From contig OX597837.1 in the NCBI GenBank assembly GCA_951406725.2, positions 45,632,001 through 45,696,000 on the forward strand: DNA of 64,000 bases. The letters are read 5' to 3'. The notes under the pieces were generated by a model. That model searched no databases and had not been told where the DNA came from. It saw nothing but the letters and a program-made list of their open reading frames with translations. This DNA is from Octopus vulgaris. Lineage: Eukaryota. Positions 13,333 to 27,370 of the stretch are shown here, piece after piece. The translations under genes and the position numbers were made by a program. Position 1 is the first letter of the stretch; each line of letters begins with the position of its first letter.

Positions 13333-13335
13333 GCT
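12800..13335. repeat. (CAC/CAT/TAC)n cryptic triplet tract
   Basis: Directly visible; similar tracts at 19215-20025, 35085-35345, 54440-54860, 59550-59860 and 5240-5500. Confidence 0.95.
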
Positions 13336-13565
13336 CCTCAGCACTTACATCAAAGCCAACATTATTACCTAATTCCCCTCCTAGTATCATAGTCACCATC
13401 AATACCATTCCAACCACTGCAATTCTCACTACCATCAGGAACAGGAATGGCTGTCTGGTTAAGATGCCTGCTTTGCAATCACCTGGTTTATGATTTCAAT
13501 TCCACTGTCCCGTGAGTAAAATTGATGGAGGGAAACTGTGTTGAAGCCTGCCATGTGTATGTATA

Positions 13566-13993
13566 TTACTCTTTTACTTGTTTCAGTCATGTGACTGTGG
13601 CCATGCTGGAGCACCGCCTTTAGTCGAGAAAATCGACCCCAGGACTTATTCTTTGTAAGCCTAGTACTTATTCTATTGGTCTCTTTTGCCGAACTGCTAA
13701 GTTACGGGGACGTAAACACACTTGCATCGGTTGTCAAGCAATAGTGGTGGAGGGACAGAGACACACAAACATACACACACACATACATATATATACATAT
13801 ATATATATATACACACACACGCATATAAAAGACGGGTTTCTTTCAGTTTCCATCTACCAAATCCACTCACAATGCTTTGGTCAGCCCGAGGCTATAGTAG
13901 AAGACACTTTCCCAAGTTGCCACGCAGTGGGACTGAACCCTGAACCATGTGGTTGGTAAGCAAGCTACTTACCACACAGCCACTCCTGCGCCT
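13566..13993 (-). mobile_element. SINE family B
   Basis: Reverse complement of the family B consensus, ending cactcctgcgcct. Confidence 0.85.
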
Positions 13994-14162
13994 ACAGATT
14001 TCCTATGGAAATTACAGCCAACACTGATGAAGAAGCAAAAACTCCTAAAATATTGCATTACCCATTTTTCCATCTTCATTAGCATTGTTGTTTACATTAG
14101 ACATATTTGGATATGAATTGTAACCAAGTCAGAAAATCCGTAGAGATAACCTTAACAAGTGA

Positions 14163-14223
14163 TTTAATAGCACTGCTAACACAGGAAAAGACAATATTTA
14201 ATAGCACTGCTAACACAGGAAAA
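14163..14223. repeat. Short tandem duplication (33-bp period)
   Basis: atttaatagcactgctaacacaggaaa occurs twice. Confidence 0.9.
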
Positions 14224-14331
14224 CACAGCATTGACTTACAAGCCATTTAATATACCTTGCAGTGTATTATGGTTACATAACAAAATATGGCGTCCCTAAA
14301 AGTCATTCTCAAGATATAAAGGTAAACTCAC

Positions 14332-14510
14332 TGTGATTCTGTAATCTGTCACTCGTCCGCCACTGCCCTCACTGATGGAGGGAGGGTCTTCCAATATTGA
14401 CCGGCATATCGAGAGGGTGTGGATGAAGATTTCACCTCCATGACTGGCCAACATGTGAGATATGACCTTTGTGCCTGACTTTCGTGGTTGTTCTAACATC
14501 ACAGCACGCC
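14332..14510 (-). CDS. INTS13: INTS13 internal exon, 179 nt, phase 1-0
   Basis: ttttatttcag acceptor, |gtgagt donor. Translates (G)[59 protein letters not shown], near-identical to INTS13. Lies inside ORF 14296..14556. Confidence 0.96.
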
Positions 14511-14539
14511 CTGAAATAAAAGAGACGATACAGAGTACA

Positions 14540-14615
14540 GATGGTGAAAAGAGCATAACCGATGGTTAAAAAGAGCATAACCGATGGTAAAAAGAGCATA
14601 ACCGATGGTAAAAAT
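14540..14615. repeat. 21-22 bp minisatellite, about 3.5 copies
   Basis: gatggt(g/ta/a)aaaagagcataacc repeated. Confidence 0.92.
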
Positions 14616-15093
14616 AAGAGTAACTGAACCAAGGAAAATTAAAGTGTGTGTGTGTGTCCACATGACAAATATTCTAGACATGGGTGTTGCCTGTGGCAGG
14701 GTAGACCTGGACCGTAATGTGAACACATATTGTGTGGAAAAATTATAATGTCATACCTGTAATCATGAAAAAAGGAGGAACAGGATGAAATTTAAAAACA
14801 TAACGGAAAAAAGAGTGGAGAAAAAATTTAATGAAAATTTTAAAAAACATAAAATAACTGAACGATACAACAAAGGACACATATACACATATATATATAT
14901 GCATATAGATTTATATATGTCTACATACATATGTGCACACACACACATACATACATACATACATACATACACATATATACACAAACAATAACATATCTGT
15001 GTATATATGTGTACACATATAAATTTACATACTTATATTAATATGCATTTTTTTATACTGTACGTAAGCATATGTGTGTGTGTGCATGTGTAA

Positions 15094-15125
<32 letters not shown>

Positions 15126-15354
15126 ACATATATATATACACACTGATGTACATGTGTATAGATGTTTGCAGATGCATGCATGCAAGTCTGTGTGTATATT
15201 TGCATGTGAGAGAGATGGTGTGTATGATGTGTATAGACGTAAGTGTGTATGTACATATCTGTGTACACACACATACACAAACACACAGTTTGAAGAACAT
15301 GTTATGTATGTATTTATATGTCTGTAAATCCACATAACCGTGTGGTTTTGTATA

Positions 15355-15387
<33 letters not shown>

Positions 15388-17460
15388 TGTCTGTGTATGT
15401 ATGTGTGTATGTGTGTCTGTGTGTGTGTATGTGTGTATATGTGTGTGTGCATGTGTGTGTGTGTGCTGTGTACAGGTGGACATGTGTGTGCAGTGTCGCT
15501 TTATCATTGAATTTTTCTATTTTTCCATATTTTTATTTTTCAATAGGAAAAGATTTAATATAAGTTTTTCTCTTTCCTCTTTTCATTCATTTTTTTCCTT
15601 CGTTTCATTCTAATTTTTTCATTCCCAGCTTATTTCATTCCAAGACATGAAGTTTTCTTCATTATTTCAATTTCTCTAAATAACAGTTTTTCTCAGCAAT
15701 TCTTTATAAATACTGCCCAATTTGTTCTGCCAGAGGAAACATGCATATTTTTTATCTCCATTTTTTATCTTTTACTTGTTTCAGTCACTGGACGGCAGCC
15801 TTGCTGGAGCAATGCCTTGGAAGGCTTAGTAAAACAAATCAACCCCAGTACTTTTTTCAAGTCTTTACGACTTTACTGAATGTAGACTGGATGATGGTAC
15901 TCTATGCAGAGCTTTAAACTCACAGGAGCAGTTGTACTTCTAACAGTACATAGAGGAAATATTATATAAAAACACATACAAATACACATTTGTCTTTCTC
16001 TCTATCCAAAGACATCTGGAATTTAAAAGGCAACAACATACTGCAACTATAAAATGGGAAATAATAAACTATGCAGTGTCATATATAAAGGGTTCTTAAA
16101 TCTGCCCTTTACGTACTAGAGAAAAATTCTACATAACCACACAAAACACACACTCTAAACAAGAGAAGTGAAATCTTGTCAGGCTGCAGACACCAAAACA
16201 AATTTATCTTTAAGAAATGGTTTCAATGCCTAACGGGATAAGAAACTATACATCAAGATCACATACACACACGTCTATATGACAAAAAACTTTCTCCTCA
16301 GATTAAAAAGAAATAATTAATGATTGCTAAACGTTAAGATATAATTGATATGATGTTGTGTGTGTATGTGTGTGTGTCAACAAATTTAGAATCCCTGTTT
16401 TGAAAATAAATATGAATTATAATTTGTCTCTAAATAAATTTATCTTTCTTTAGTAATTAGACCCATGTTTGGAATACAGCTTATCCCAAAGACAAATGTT
16501 TGCCAACTAAAATCTTGTTATCTTTCAGGTAATAACAAAATTTTCATCTGGGATTTAAAATATAAGCAAATATCAAACATTGAATTATCAACACAGGTGC
16601 TCTGATGAGGGGCCGTAGTTTAATGGTTAAGCTGTTACACTCACAGGAGTGAGAGTTTGAGTTTAACCTTTGATGACAGAGGGTTGAGATATGTGGTGCA
16701 TTGCTGTACTCGAGAAGACCTGACCACCACAACAGAATTGAGATCCTAAAACCAAGGTGCCATGTAAAAAGCACTGGTGCTGGTGATGATGATGATGATG
16801 ATGTGATGACGACGATGATGATGGTGATGATGATGAAGCCAATGATAACGATAATGATGATGATGGTGGTGGTGGTGGTGGTGGTGGTGGTGAGGAGGAG
16901 GAGGAAGAAGAGGAGGAGGGGAGGAGGAGGGCTTTGATCAACTGAGGCTACAGTAAAAGACAGTTATCCAAGCTGCCATGCAGAGGGACTGAACCTAGAC
17001 TCTTATGATTACAGAGTAAGTTTCTTAACGATTCAGTCATCTGCACCCAACCCCTGCATATAAACCACACACACACACACACACACACACACTACTCATA
17101 AGGCATTAGTTGGCTTGGGGCTATAGTAGAAGACACTTGCCTGGGGGGGGCCACGTAGTGGGATTGAACACAGAACCATATGGCTTGGAGACACACCCAT
17201 GCTTCCTCATACACACAAACACATACACACACTCAGCCTATCTCATAAACTACTGCAAATAAACAGACAGACATTCTTACACACTGCAACCCACATGACA
17301 GTCCACACACGACTTCCCCATCCGTTGCTGAAATCCCAACGTCCCCAGCCTAAAACCTGAAAATAGATTGGACAAACCTTGGATTGATCTATTGAGCTCG
17401 TTAATGTCAACAACAATGTAATTGCGAACAAGGTAATTACAAGACAATCAAATAAGACAA

Positions 17461-17491
<31 letters not shown>

Positions 17492-17632
17492 CAAATAGAA
17501 GCACGTATATACACAAAAGGACACAGATACGCATATGTACAGGCATACATACATCACCATCATTTAACATCCGTTTTCCATGCTGGCATGGATGTATAGA
17601 TAGATATATATATATACACACACAGATACACA

Positions 17633-17673
<41 letters not shown>

Positions 17674-18588
17674 GTACACACGTACACACACTCAGACATA
17701 AATACATACAGATACATAGACAAATGTATATGCATATACACACATGCACACACAACATGCATATATACAAACATGCACAGATCACATCATCGGCGTTTAA
17801 CGTCTGCTTTCCATGCTGGCATGGGTTGGACGGTTTCACTGAGGATGGCAAGTCAGATGACTGCATTAGGCAAGGTTTCTACAGCTTGATAGCCTTCCTA
17901 ACGCCAACCAGCTGTAGAAACCTTGCCAGATCAGATTGGGGCCTGGTGTAACCTCCTGGCCAGTCCTCAGTCAAACCATCCAACCCATGCCAGCATGGAA
18001 AGCAAACATTAAACAATGATGATGATGACATATATACAAACGCACAGATGCTTACATAAATAGATGCATGCAAATAAGCACTGACACACAGACACGCACA
18101 TGGACACATTGATTCATTGCATTGTGCACACGCAAACTCAAACCCCTGAAATCATTCATATATATATATATATATATCATCATCATCATCATCATCATTT
18201 AGCGTCCGTTTTCCATGCTAGCATGGGTTGGACGGTTCAACTGGGGTCTGGGGAGCCCGAAGGCTGCACCAGGCCAGTCAGATCTGGCAGTGTTTCTACA
18301 GCTGGATGCCCTTCCTAATGCCAACCACTCCGAGAGTGTAGTGGGTGATTTTATGTGCCACCGACACATATATATATATATAAAGCACCCACTACACTCA
18401 CGGAGTGGTTGGCATTAGGAAGGGCATCAAGCTGTAGAAAACCATGCCAGATCAGACTGGGGCAGGTTTCATAATCGTTGAAAGATTTCTCTCTGCACAA
18501 AACCATTGGTAGCCTCCTTAACCCCTAAATAAAGAATCTTCATCCACCAGTTTGGTGTTAAGCACTGATTCTCATTGTTCAATATCTA

Positions 18589-18634
<46 letters not shown>

Positions 18635-18743
18635 CACAAATGTATATATAGAATACTAACATGCATATGTACATGCACACATTCATAGACATGCATACAT
18701 CTGCAACTAGATACACACACAAATATGCTACACATTAAAAGAG

Positions 18744-18862
<119 letters not shown>

Positions 18863-21852
18863 CATATATATATACATACATATATATATACATATATATA
18901 TATATAATTATATGCACACACACACACACACACACATGTATGTATAGACACCTAAATCTCATATATATAGCACAGATAAACTAATACACTAAACGTCTAA
19001 CACAGATGCACGCAGACACACACACACACACACACACACACATGCAGTGCATGTTACAGATCTTCTCCTCGTCCTCTCCTTGCCCCCTCATCCCCCCCAC
19101 ACACTCACAGATCGAAAGATCAATGACATTCTTTGGCAGTAAACTGGTGTTAACAGGGAATGGTGGGGGTGGGGCAGGCGTGAAGCGGGAGACACTACGT
19201 AAATCAGCATTTCTCACTACTTCCACCACAACCACCACCACCACCATCATCACCATCATCATCATCATCATCATCATCACCACTATCATCTTCACCATCA
19301 TCATCATCAGCAGCAACAGCATCATTACTGCCACCACCACCACCACCACCACCATCATCATCATCAAGGCCAATACCACCACCACCACCACCACCAGACC
19401 ATTGTCAACATCATCATAATCATCATCATCAGCAGCAGTATCATTACTGCTACCACCACCACCATCAAGGCCAATACCACAATCACCACCACCACCACCA
19501 CTATCACAACCACCATTACCACCACCACTAGACCATCATCAACATCATCAACATCATCATAATCATCATCATCATCATCAAGGCCAACACCTCAGAAAAC
19601 TTAAATCCCCATCATCCTTAACCCTCCCCATCCCCACACACCATCTACCATCTATATAACCATCACTTACCACTAAACCTACCACAACCATCATGACTAC
19701 CATCAATGCCAACACTTCAACCATCCTAATTCCACCATCTCCACCACTGCCACTCCTCCTCCTCCTACTACTACTACTACTACAACTACTACTACTACAT
19801 ATAAACCACTACAACCAATACATAAACACCTCCGGTGCAAACACCATCGGCACAACCATTCAGTCCCCCATCAGCAGAATACAAACACCACTGCCACCAC
19901 CACCAATACCATGTTTACGCCCACCACCACCTCAAACACAAAAACAGCCACAACCAACATGCCGTCACCACCACCACCACCACCAACAACAACAACAGCC
20001 CCTCCACCACCACCACCACCATTGTCTTCATGTCTGTCCACCAATACTAATATCAATATCAATTCTTTATATTGATTTCAAAAATGTAAAATAACACATA
20101 CATTTGCACACACAAAAACACACACACACACAGACTTATTATGTGTGTGTGTGTATACACATTGCATGTGTGTGTGTGTGTGTGTTTTTGTGTGTACATG
20201 TGTATATACACACACAAACATGCACATGTATATGCACACTCATACCTATACACATATATATGCACACACCCACACACACATGGCAGTGTAGATGTATGTA
20301 TGTAACTTACATGTATGTTACATATCTGTTTGCATGTACACACACACACAGACAGACACACATACAGACAGGCACACCCACACACATGCAAATACAAACA
20401 AAGAGAGACAAGACCATAAGGAAACAAGCATCAGATGTATGTTGAATGCAGAAAGAGAGCAAGGCGGAGAGCAAACAGCCAACAGCGAAGAGCAAACAGC
20501 AGAGTGAAGTGTTGACGAGGATCAATGCCAAAGCGAAAAGGCAGAGGCCAAGAACACAAGAAACAATAGCGCTTCGTGTCTTTCAATTGTGCCAAAATAG
20601 AACACAAGAGAAACTCAAAGATATCTTATTAAAATCGAGGAGGCGGGGAGGAGAGAAAGGGTGACGGTGAGTGCGGAGGAGAAGAGAAGAGAAGTGTATT
20701 TGGAGCAACGGAAGAATTAGAGCAAGGCTGAGGATTTTGAAGTTTATTGGAAAGTTTTGGTTGCTAAGGTGCGTCTCTGACTGGCACTTTGGCAATGTGG
20801 GTTGCTTGCCGTTTAACCCCCGGTCATTTATGGAGACATAACAGAGACTATAATCAAAAGGTGACTCCAGTGATAAACACCCAACTCTTTTGTTGTTGTT
20901 GGGTTTTTTTCTATTATCTTGGGTACATTGTGCAATGTAACATTATTCCTTTCTGGAAAAGGTGGCACGAAGCTTGAGGGAGATTTTGCTGTTATTTCTA
21001 ATAGGTCAAGGCTACATTATGAATTATCAACAGCAGAAAATAAAATTCACAACAGAAATAAGTAAAATGAAGGACATTATCAAAGGGCCATTTAAACTTC
21101 AAGTAGTCTGGACAGTTCCTTAAAACCAGGGCATTGTTTACTGTGATATCCTTTCTCTGAGAAAATGGTAGCACGAATCTTGAGAATGATTTGGCTGCTA
21201 TTTCTAATAGGTATGGCAACTATATCAACGCTTAGTTACAATTATCTTCAGTAAAGAAAAAGTTTATAACAAAAATAAGTAAACAAAAGCCAGAAATATA
21301 TTACAGGTGTGGGGCAGAAGGTCATCAGATGATAATTTAACCGTTTAGCATTAAAACTGACCATATCCCGCCAAAGTATTTGACCTGTTTTATGCTCAAA
21401 ATGACCAAATCTGGCCTTTCACACCTACCCTACAATAACATCCTAAAAATTAACAGTTACTTCATCAAAATCTCAAAGCTAGAAAACAATGTAGGATTAA
21501 TTCAAATCAATGTGGATAAATAAGCATTACATAGGACAGGATAAGGGTTTGCCCAATGTGCCACGCAGTGGGACTGAACCCGAAACCATGTGGTTGGGAA
21601 GCAACCCTCTTACCACACAGCCACACCTATGTAAGTATGTATGTATATATACATATGGAGTGGGAAAGAGATGGGGGGGTGGGGATTTCAAACAACACAC
21701 AACAATATCAACAACAACAACAGCAGCATCACAACAACACTTCAGAGGAAATCAATACTTCCATATTCAAAACATTCATATTAGAATTATTGGAATATAA
21801 TTTTCTAAGAAAATACAGAAAAAATATAAATACAAATAACCAAAAATGGAGT

Positions 21853-21888
<36 letters not shown>

Positions 21889-21979
21889 CTGTAATGCTTA
21901 GTCTGGTAAATAGCATTTTACACCACAGACACAAAAACTACACTACAGCAGTTTGACTTTTGAAGAAAAAAATTCTATG

Positions 21980-21985
21980 CGTGTG

Positions 21986-22051
<66 letters not shown>

Positions 22052-22117
22052 TGTATATATGTATGTATGTATGTATATATATACATACATATATATATAT
22101 ATATGTATGTATGTATG

Positions 22118-22209
<92 letters not shown>

Positions 22210-22350
22210 TGTATATATATATATGTATACATATATATATATGTATGTATATATACATACATACATACATACATATATACATATATATATACTCATGTAT
22301 ATATATATATATATATATACTCATGTATATATATACATATATATATACTC

Positions 22351-22396
<46 letters not shown>

Positions 22397-22560
22397 GTGA
22401 GTATATATATATATATATACATGTGTGTGTATCTCTATATGTGTATGTGTGTGTATGTATAAAAATACATATACATGTGTGTGTGTGTGTATGTATAGAT
22501 ATATCCATGCATGTATATATGTACATGCATGTATGTATGTATGTATGTGTGTATGCATTT
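21980..22560. repeat. (TA)n/(TATG)n compound microsatellite
   Basis: Directly visible; similar blocks at 12300-12645, 18740-18910, 35540-35760 and 40620-40930. Confidence 0.95.
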
Positions 22561-23060
22561 GTATGTTTATTTTGGTTGTCAATTTAGAAGCAGTGTTTAT
22601 TCCTAATAACAAATAAACGTTACTTTGAAATGAACAATTTTTGGCAACCAATGAAATTATTTAAGAAATTGGTCTACATGTTGCCTATTCACTGTGTGTT
22701 TAGGTGCATGTACGCCCATGTGTGTGTTAATGTAGAAGTGCAACACACTAGCGCACTTGCCCTATATACACACCCAAGCACACATAATAAATGCATATGT
22801 GTGTATAATATATATGTATGTATGTATGTATGTATATGCAGACACATACATACATACATGTGTGTATGTTTATGCACATGTATATACATACACATACACA
22901 CATATATATATATATATTGGGAGAGAGAGAGAGTGTGTGTGAGGGAGAAAGGGACACAGATAGGTCCATATATACAAGTGTATATACATATATTTAAACG
23001 CATGTATACATGCATATATATATATATATATACATATATACACACACACACATACATACG

Positions 23061-23103
<43 letters not shown>

Positions 23104-23869
23104 TTACATATATATATATATATATATACACACATTTACAGACTTATACACACACATATAATATAATATAAATGTATGAAAATATGACTTTTTAAAACAA
23201 AACATGAACAAAAAAAATGGATGCTAGATCACTTTCCTTTGTTGTTGTTGTTCTTATTGTTGAAGCTTTTTGTAGTTGTTGTGTCTGAGATATCGGTGAT
23301 GATGGGGGGGGGGGCATGATATTAGTGATTTAGTTTGAGCTTGTTTTTATTGTTTCTGTAGTGTTGTTATTGTTGTTATTGTATCCTCACTGGGGCTGCA
23401 ATCTTTAGCATGTTGGACAAAATGCTTAGCAGCATTTATTTCGTCTGTCGCTTTACATTCTGGGTTCAAATTCTGCCAAGGTCAACTTTGCCCTACATCC
23501 TTTTGGTGGGGTCAGTAAACTAAGTACCTGTTGAACACTGGGACTATTTAATTCATTTGGCCCCCTCCCCTCAAACTGCTAGCCTTATGCCAAACTTTGA
23601 AACCATTAATATTGCTGCTATTTCTAAAGTGGCAAACTGGCAGAATCATTAACAAGCTGGCAAAATGCTCAACAACATAGGCATAGGAGTGGCTGTGTGG
23701 TAAGTAGCTTGCTTACGAACCACATGGTTCTGGGTTCAGTCCCACTGCGTGGCATCTTGGGCAGTAATTAAACAATGATGATGATGATGATGATCACCAC
23801 CACCACCAACAACAATGACGAAGCTGACTTTCTCCAATATTAGATTTTGGGGGAGGGGATCAATCAATT

Positions 23870-24213
23870 ACATCAACCCCAGTATGCAACTGGTACTTAA
23901 TTTATTGACCCCGAAGGGATGAAAGGCAAAGTTGACCTTGGCAGAATTTGAACTCAGAACATAAAGACAGACAAAATACCTATTTCTTTACTACCCACAA
24001 GGGGCTAAACACAGAGGGGACAAACAAGGACAGACAAACGGATTAAGTCGATTATATCGACCCCAGTGCATAACTGGCACTTAATTTATCGACCCCGAAA
24101 GGATGAAAGGCGAAGTCGACCTCGGCGGAATTTGAACTCAGAACGTAACGGCAGATGAAATACGGCTACGCATTTCACCCGGCGTGCTAACGATTCTGCC
24201 AGCTTGCCGCCTT
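23870..24213 (-). mobile_element. SINE family A dimer
   Basis: Two reverse-complement body units ending in ccagcttgccgcctt. Confidence 0.8.
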
Positions 24214-24722
24214 AAAGGCCATATAGTAAACAAGACACTATTATGACTGCCTCATATATCTAGCAAAATTAATTAATTTATTTAATTAGTTTACAAATGC
24301 AGTGACAGCTAATTTCTGGAACAGAACGAACTCCTGTAAATGTACCTAATGCTCAGCTCACTCAACCTGATTTAGTTTCAAAGCCTAACAGCATCGGTAA
24401 CTCTAAACACGATGTCACATTTGGCTTTGAATATAGATTATTTGATTATTGGTGAAGGTTAATAAACAGAAACAGCATCGTCCAGTTGATCTCTCTTTGA
24501 TTTTTTTTTTTATCTTGCTCTCCATAACACACCTTTACAACTGCCTCGTTTATCTAGTAAATCTAATTAAGTTAGTTCATTAACCTATGGCTGTAGTGAC
24601 AATTAAAATCTATGAGTGTATTCAAAAGTAATCCTTGGTGCTTACGGAAATATATTTACATGCATATACAGATGCACAGACAGACAGATAACAAAGAAAT
24701 TATGAAACATACATAATATATA

Positions 24723-24920
24723 TTGGGTTGTCCGGAAAGTTTGTGCCGATTTATAGTAGCTTACATTTCGACTTATTTTAGAACACGGTTGAGTCCATAA
24801 AATAGGATTTGACTACACCTCTGCTTAGAGCACAGTTTAAACTTTCTTTTCGTGGAAGAAGGTTTATGTTCCTATAACCTGTGTGAATTCTGTAACCCTT
24901 TAAAATGGAAATTTGCAACA
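24723..24920. mobile_element. mariner TIR fragment
   Basis: TA|ttgggttgtccggaaagtttgtgccgattt resembles mariner termini. Confidence 0.6.
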
Positions 24921-25330
24921 TAATAAGATGAGGACATCTATTCAGCTTTTTTTTAGACGACTTACTATTCATTAATTGCAGCAGTTGTTGCTGTAATAGT
25001 AATTGTTGTTGTTCTTGCTGTTTTTGCAACTCAAGCAAACCAGCCAACAAATCTTCCATAATTTTACAATTTTGTAGACTGTAAAATTTGCACAAAAACT
25101 TGTGAATTTGTTTAATCCTTGAGAGTTTGTTAATTCCTCATTGTCACTATTGTAATCCAATGTCAAACTGTTATAATGTCCACTCTGCTATAGCAGTATA
25201 GTTGGTTAGACAAGTAAGACACAACTATCTATGACCCTGACTGCTTGACATCACAGTATTTGTAATGACTAGCACATACCACTTGTCATGCAGGAGGGGT
25301 GTTCCATTATTACTATTATCCCCCATAACA
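24920..25330 (-). mobile_element. LTR-retrotransposon 5' relic (short LTR + gag start)
   Basis: TGTTAT...ATAACA-bounded segment 25169-25330, a degenerate PBS-like tagtgac, then MEDLLAGLLELQKQQEQQQLLLQQQ, resembling the gag start of Gypsy-like elements. Confidence 0.45.
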
Positions 25331-26070
25331 ATATATATATGTTTATATATATATATATATATATCATCATCATCATCATTTAACGTCCGTTTTCGGCGCT
25401 AGCACGGGTTGGACGGTTCGACCGGGGTCAGGGGAGCCAGGGGCTGCCCCAGGCTCCAGTCTGGTCTGGCAGTGTTTCTACAGCTGGATGCCCTTCCTAA
25501 CGCCAACCACTCCGCGAGTGTAGTGGGTGCTTTTTAGGTGCCACCTGCACAGGTGCCAGAGGGGTCTGGCATCGGCCACGATCAGTTGGTGCTTTTTTAT
25601 GTGCTACTGGCACAGAAACCAGCCAAGGCGGTGCTGGCATCGGTCACGTTCGGATGCTGCTTTTTATGTGACACCGGCACAGAAGCCATTCGGGGCAGGG
25701 TTGGCATCGGTCACGTTCGGATGGTGCTTTTTATGTGATATATATATATATCTTGATAGATAAATAGATAGATAGAACATATGTCCATGAGTCAGTATGA
25801 ATACATGTATGTATATCTGTATGTACATATACATATGCATGTCATGTTCCTGCATGACAAGCTGTTGCTCTTATATGAGATAATCAACACAACAATTCAG
25901 TATACTTCATGAATAGATGTAAAGAGTTTATAGAGGCCAAGTATGCAAATATAGACATACATTTAGATACACACACACATGTATAGATTGATAGAGATAA
26001 ATAAATATATATATATATGTATGTAAGTGTATGTATATTTACATATATAGATACATATATATATATATGC

Positions 26071-26116
<46 letters not shown>

Positions 26117-26458
26117 ATACATACATACACATACATAAGTGCACACACAAAACATATATGTACATTATTTATACATACATGTATATACACACACACATAT
26201 ATATATATATTCACACACATAAATACTTCTGCATACAAATGAAATGGCACACAGAGATAAATACATAAGAAAACAAATGCACGCACAAACATACACCCAT
26301 ATGTACAGATGCAAATACATACAGATACAAACATAGAGAAATGCATACATAAATAATATACACATTAAATACACACACACACAAACACGCAAAAGCATTC
26401 ACACACTGTCTGATAGTCTCACAAGCACACACATACACACGCAGATGTGTATACATAT

Positions 26459-26494
<36 letters not shown>

Positions 26495-26580
26495 GGTAAC
26501 ACATACATGACTATACATAAACACACACAATCACAAGCGCTCGTATGCAAATACATGTTCACAGTGTGTATTTCTCTTAA

Positions 26581-26612
<32 letters not shown>

Positions 26613-27338
26613 TAATACACACAAGCATACACACACACTCACACACATAATCACATATACACACAGATATCAACACTCACATGCACAACATACAAAAACA
26701 CATACATGCAAATACACATTCACACAGTACCTCACTCTCTCTCTCTCACACACACACAGAAAGAAAGAAACACACACACACACACACCACTTTATGTACA
26801 ACACATACATACGCAATACATACACATACAATAAACTGAAACACAAACACACACTCACAAACTGAAACATGCAGAAACAAACACACATTCACGTCTCCCT
26901 ACCTCTCCCTAACCCTCTCCCTCTCACTTCCACACACACACACACACACACACATATGTACATGCATACACAGATGCAAATGAGCAAGCATGTGCATACA
27001 TACACGTGTATACACAAAATGCACAACAATCATAAGCAGACACACACACACACACATTCATTCTCTCCCTCTCTCTCATATACACACACACATAAAAATA
27101 CAGACACATATAATCATGCATACATACATATATATATATATACAGGCACAAAAATACACATACATACACAGACCATCAGACAGAGCAAAATACACCCACC
27201 CGCACACACATCACAAGCAGAAATACACCCACTCACAAACACACACAACACACACACATACATGCAAACACAACACCTACATGTAAACACACACTAAAGA
27301 TCAACAGAGATTTGTTTGTTTACTGATTTTGTGATTGT

Positions 27339-27370
<32 letters not shown>

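Noticed and set aside
14024-14060. CTGATGA hammerhead-like start on +
   Set aside because: GAAA, stem III and the cleavage triplet are not recoverable; at most a very decayed relic.
14540-14615. Regularly spaced direct repeats as a CRISPR-like array
   Set aside because: There are no unique spacers; it is a eukaryotic minisatellite.
16609-16670. tRNA-like sequence (also at 60648 and 11262)
   Set aside because: These are SINE heads with A/B boxes and no complete cloverleaf.
19122-19162. SECIS-like ATGA...AAA stem on +
   Set aside because: The 3' GA of the quartet is missing (reads GG/GT), and there is no selenoprotein ORF.
20574-20597. tgaaagacacg (miR-71-like) and tttggcac (miR-96-like) on minus
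   Set aside because: Similarity stops after 8-11 nt and there is no precursor hairpin.
20446-20664. 72-aa plus-strand ORF MQKESKAESK...
   Set aside because: No recognisable homology; explained by purine-rich composition.
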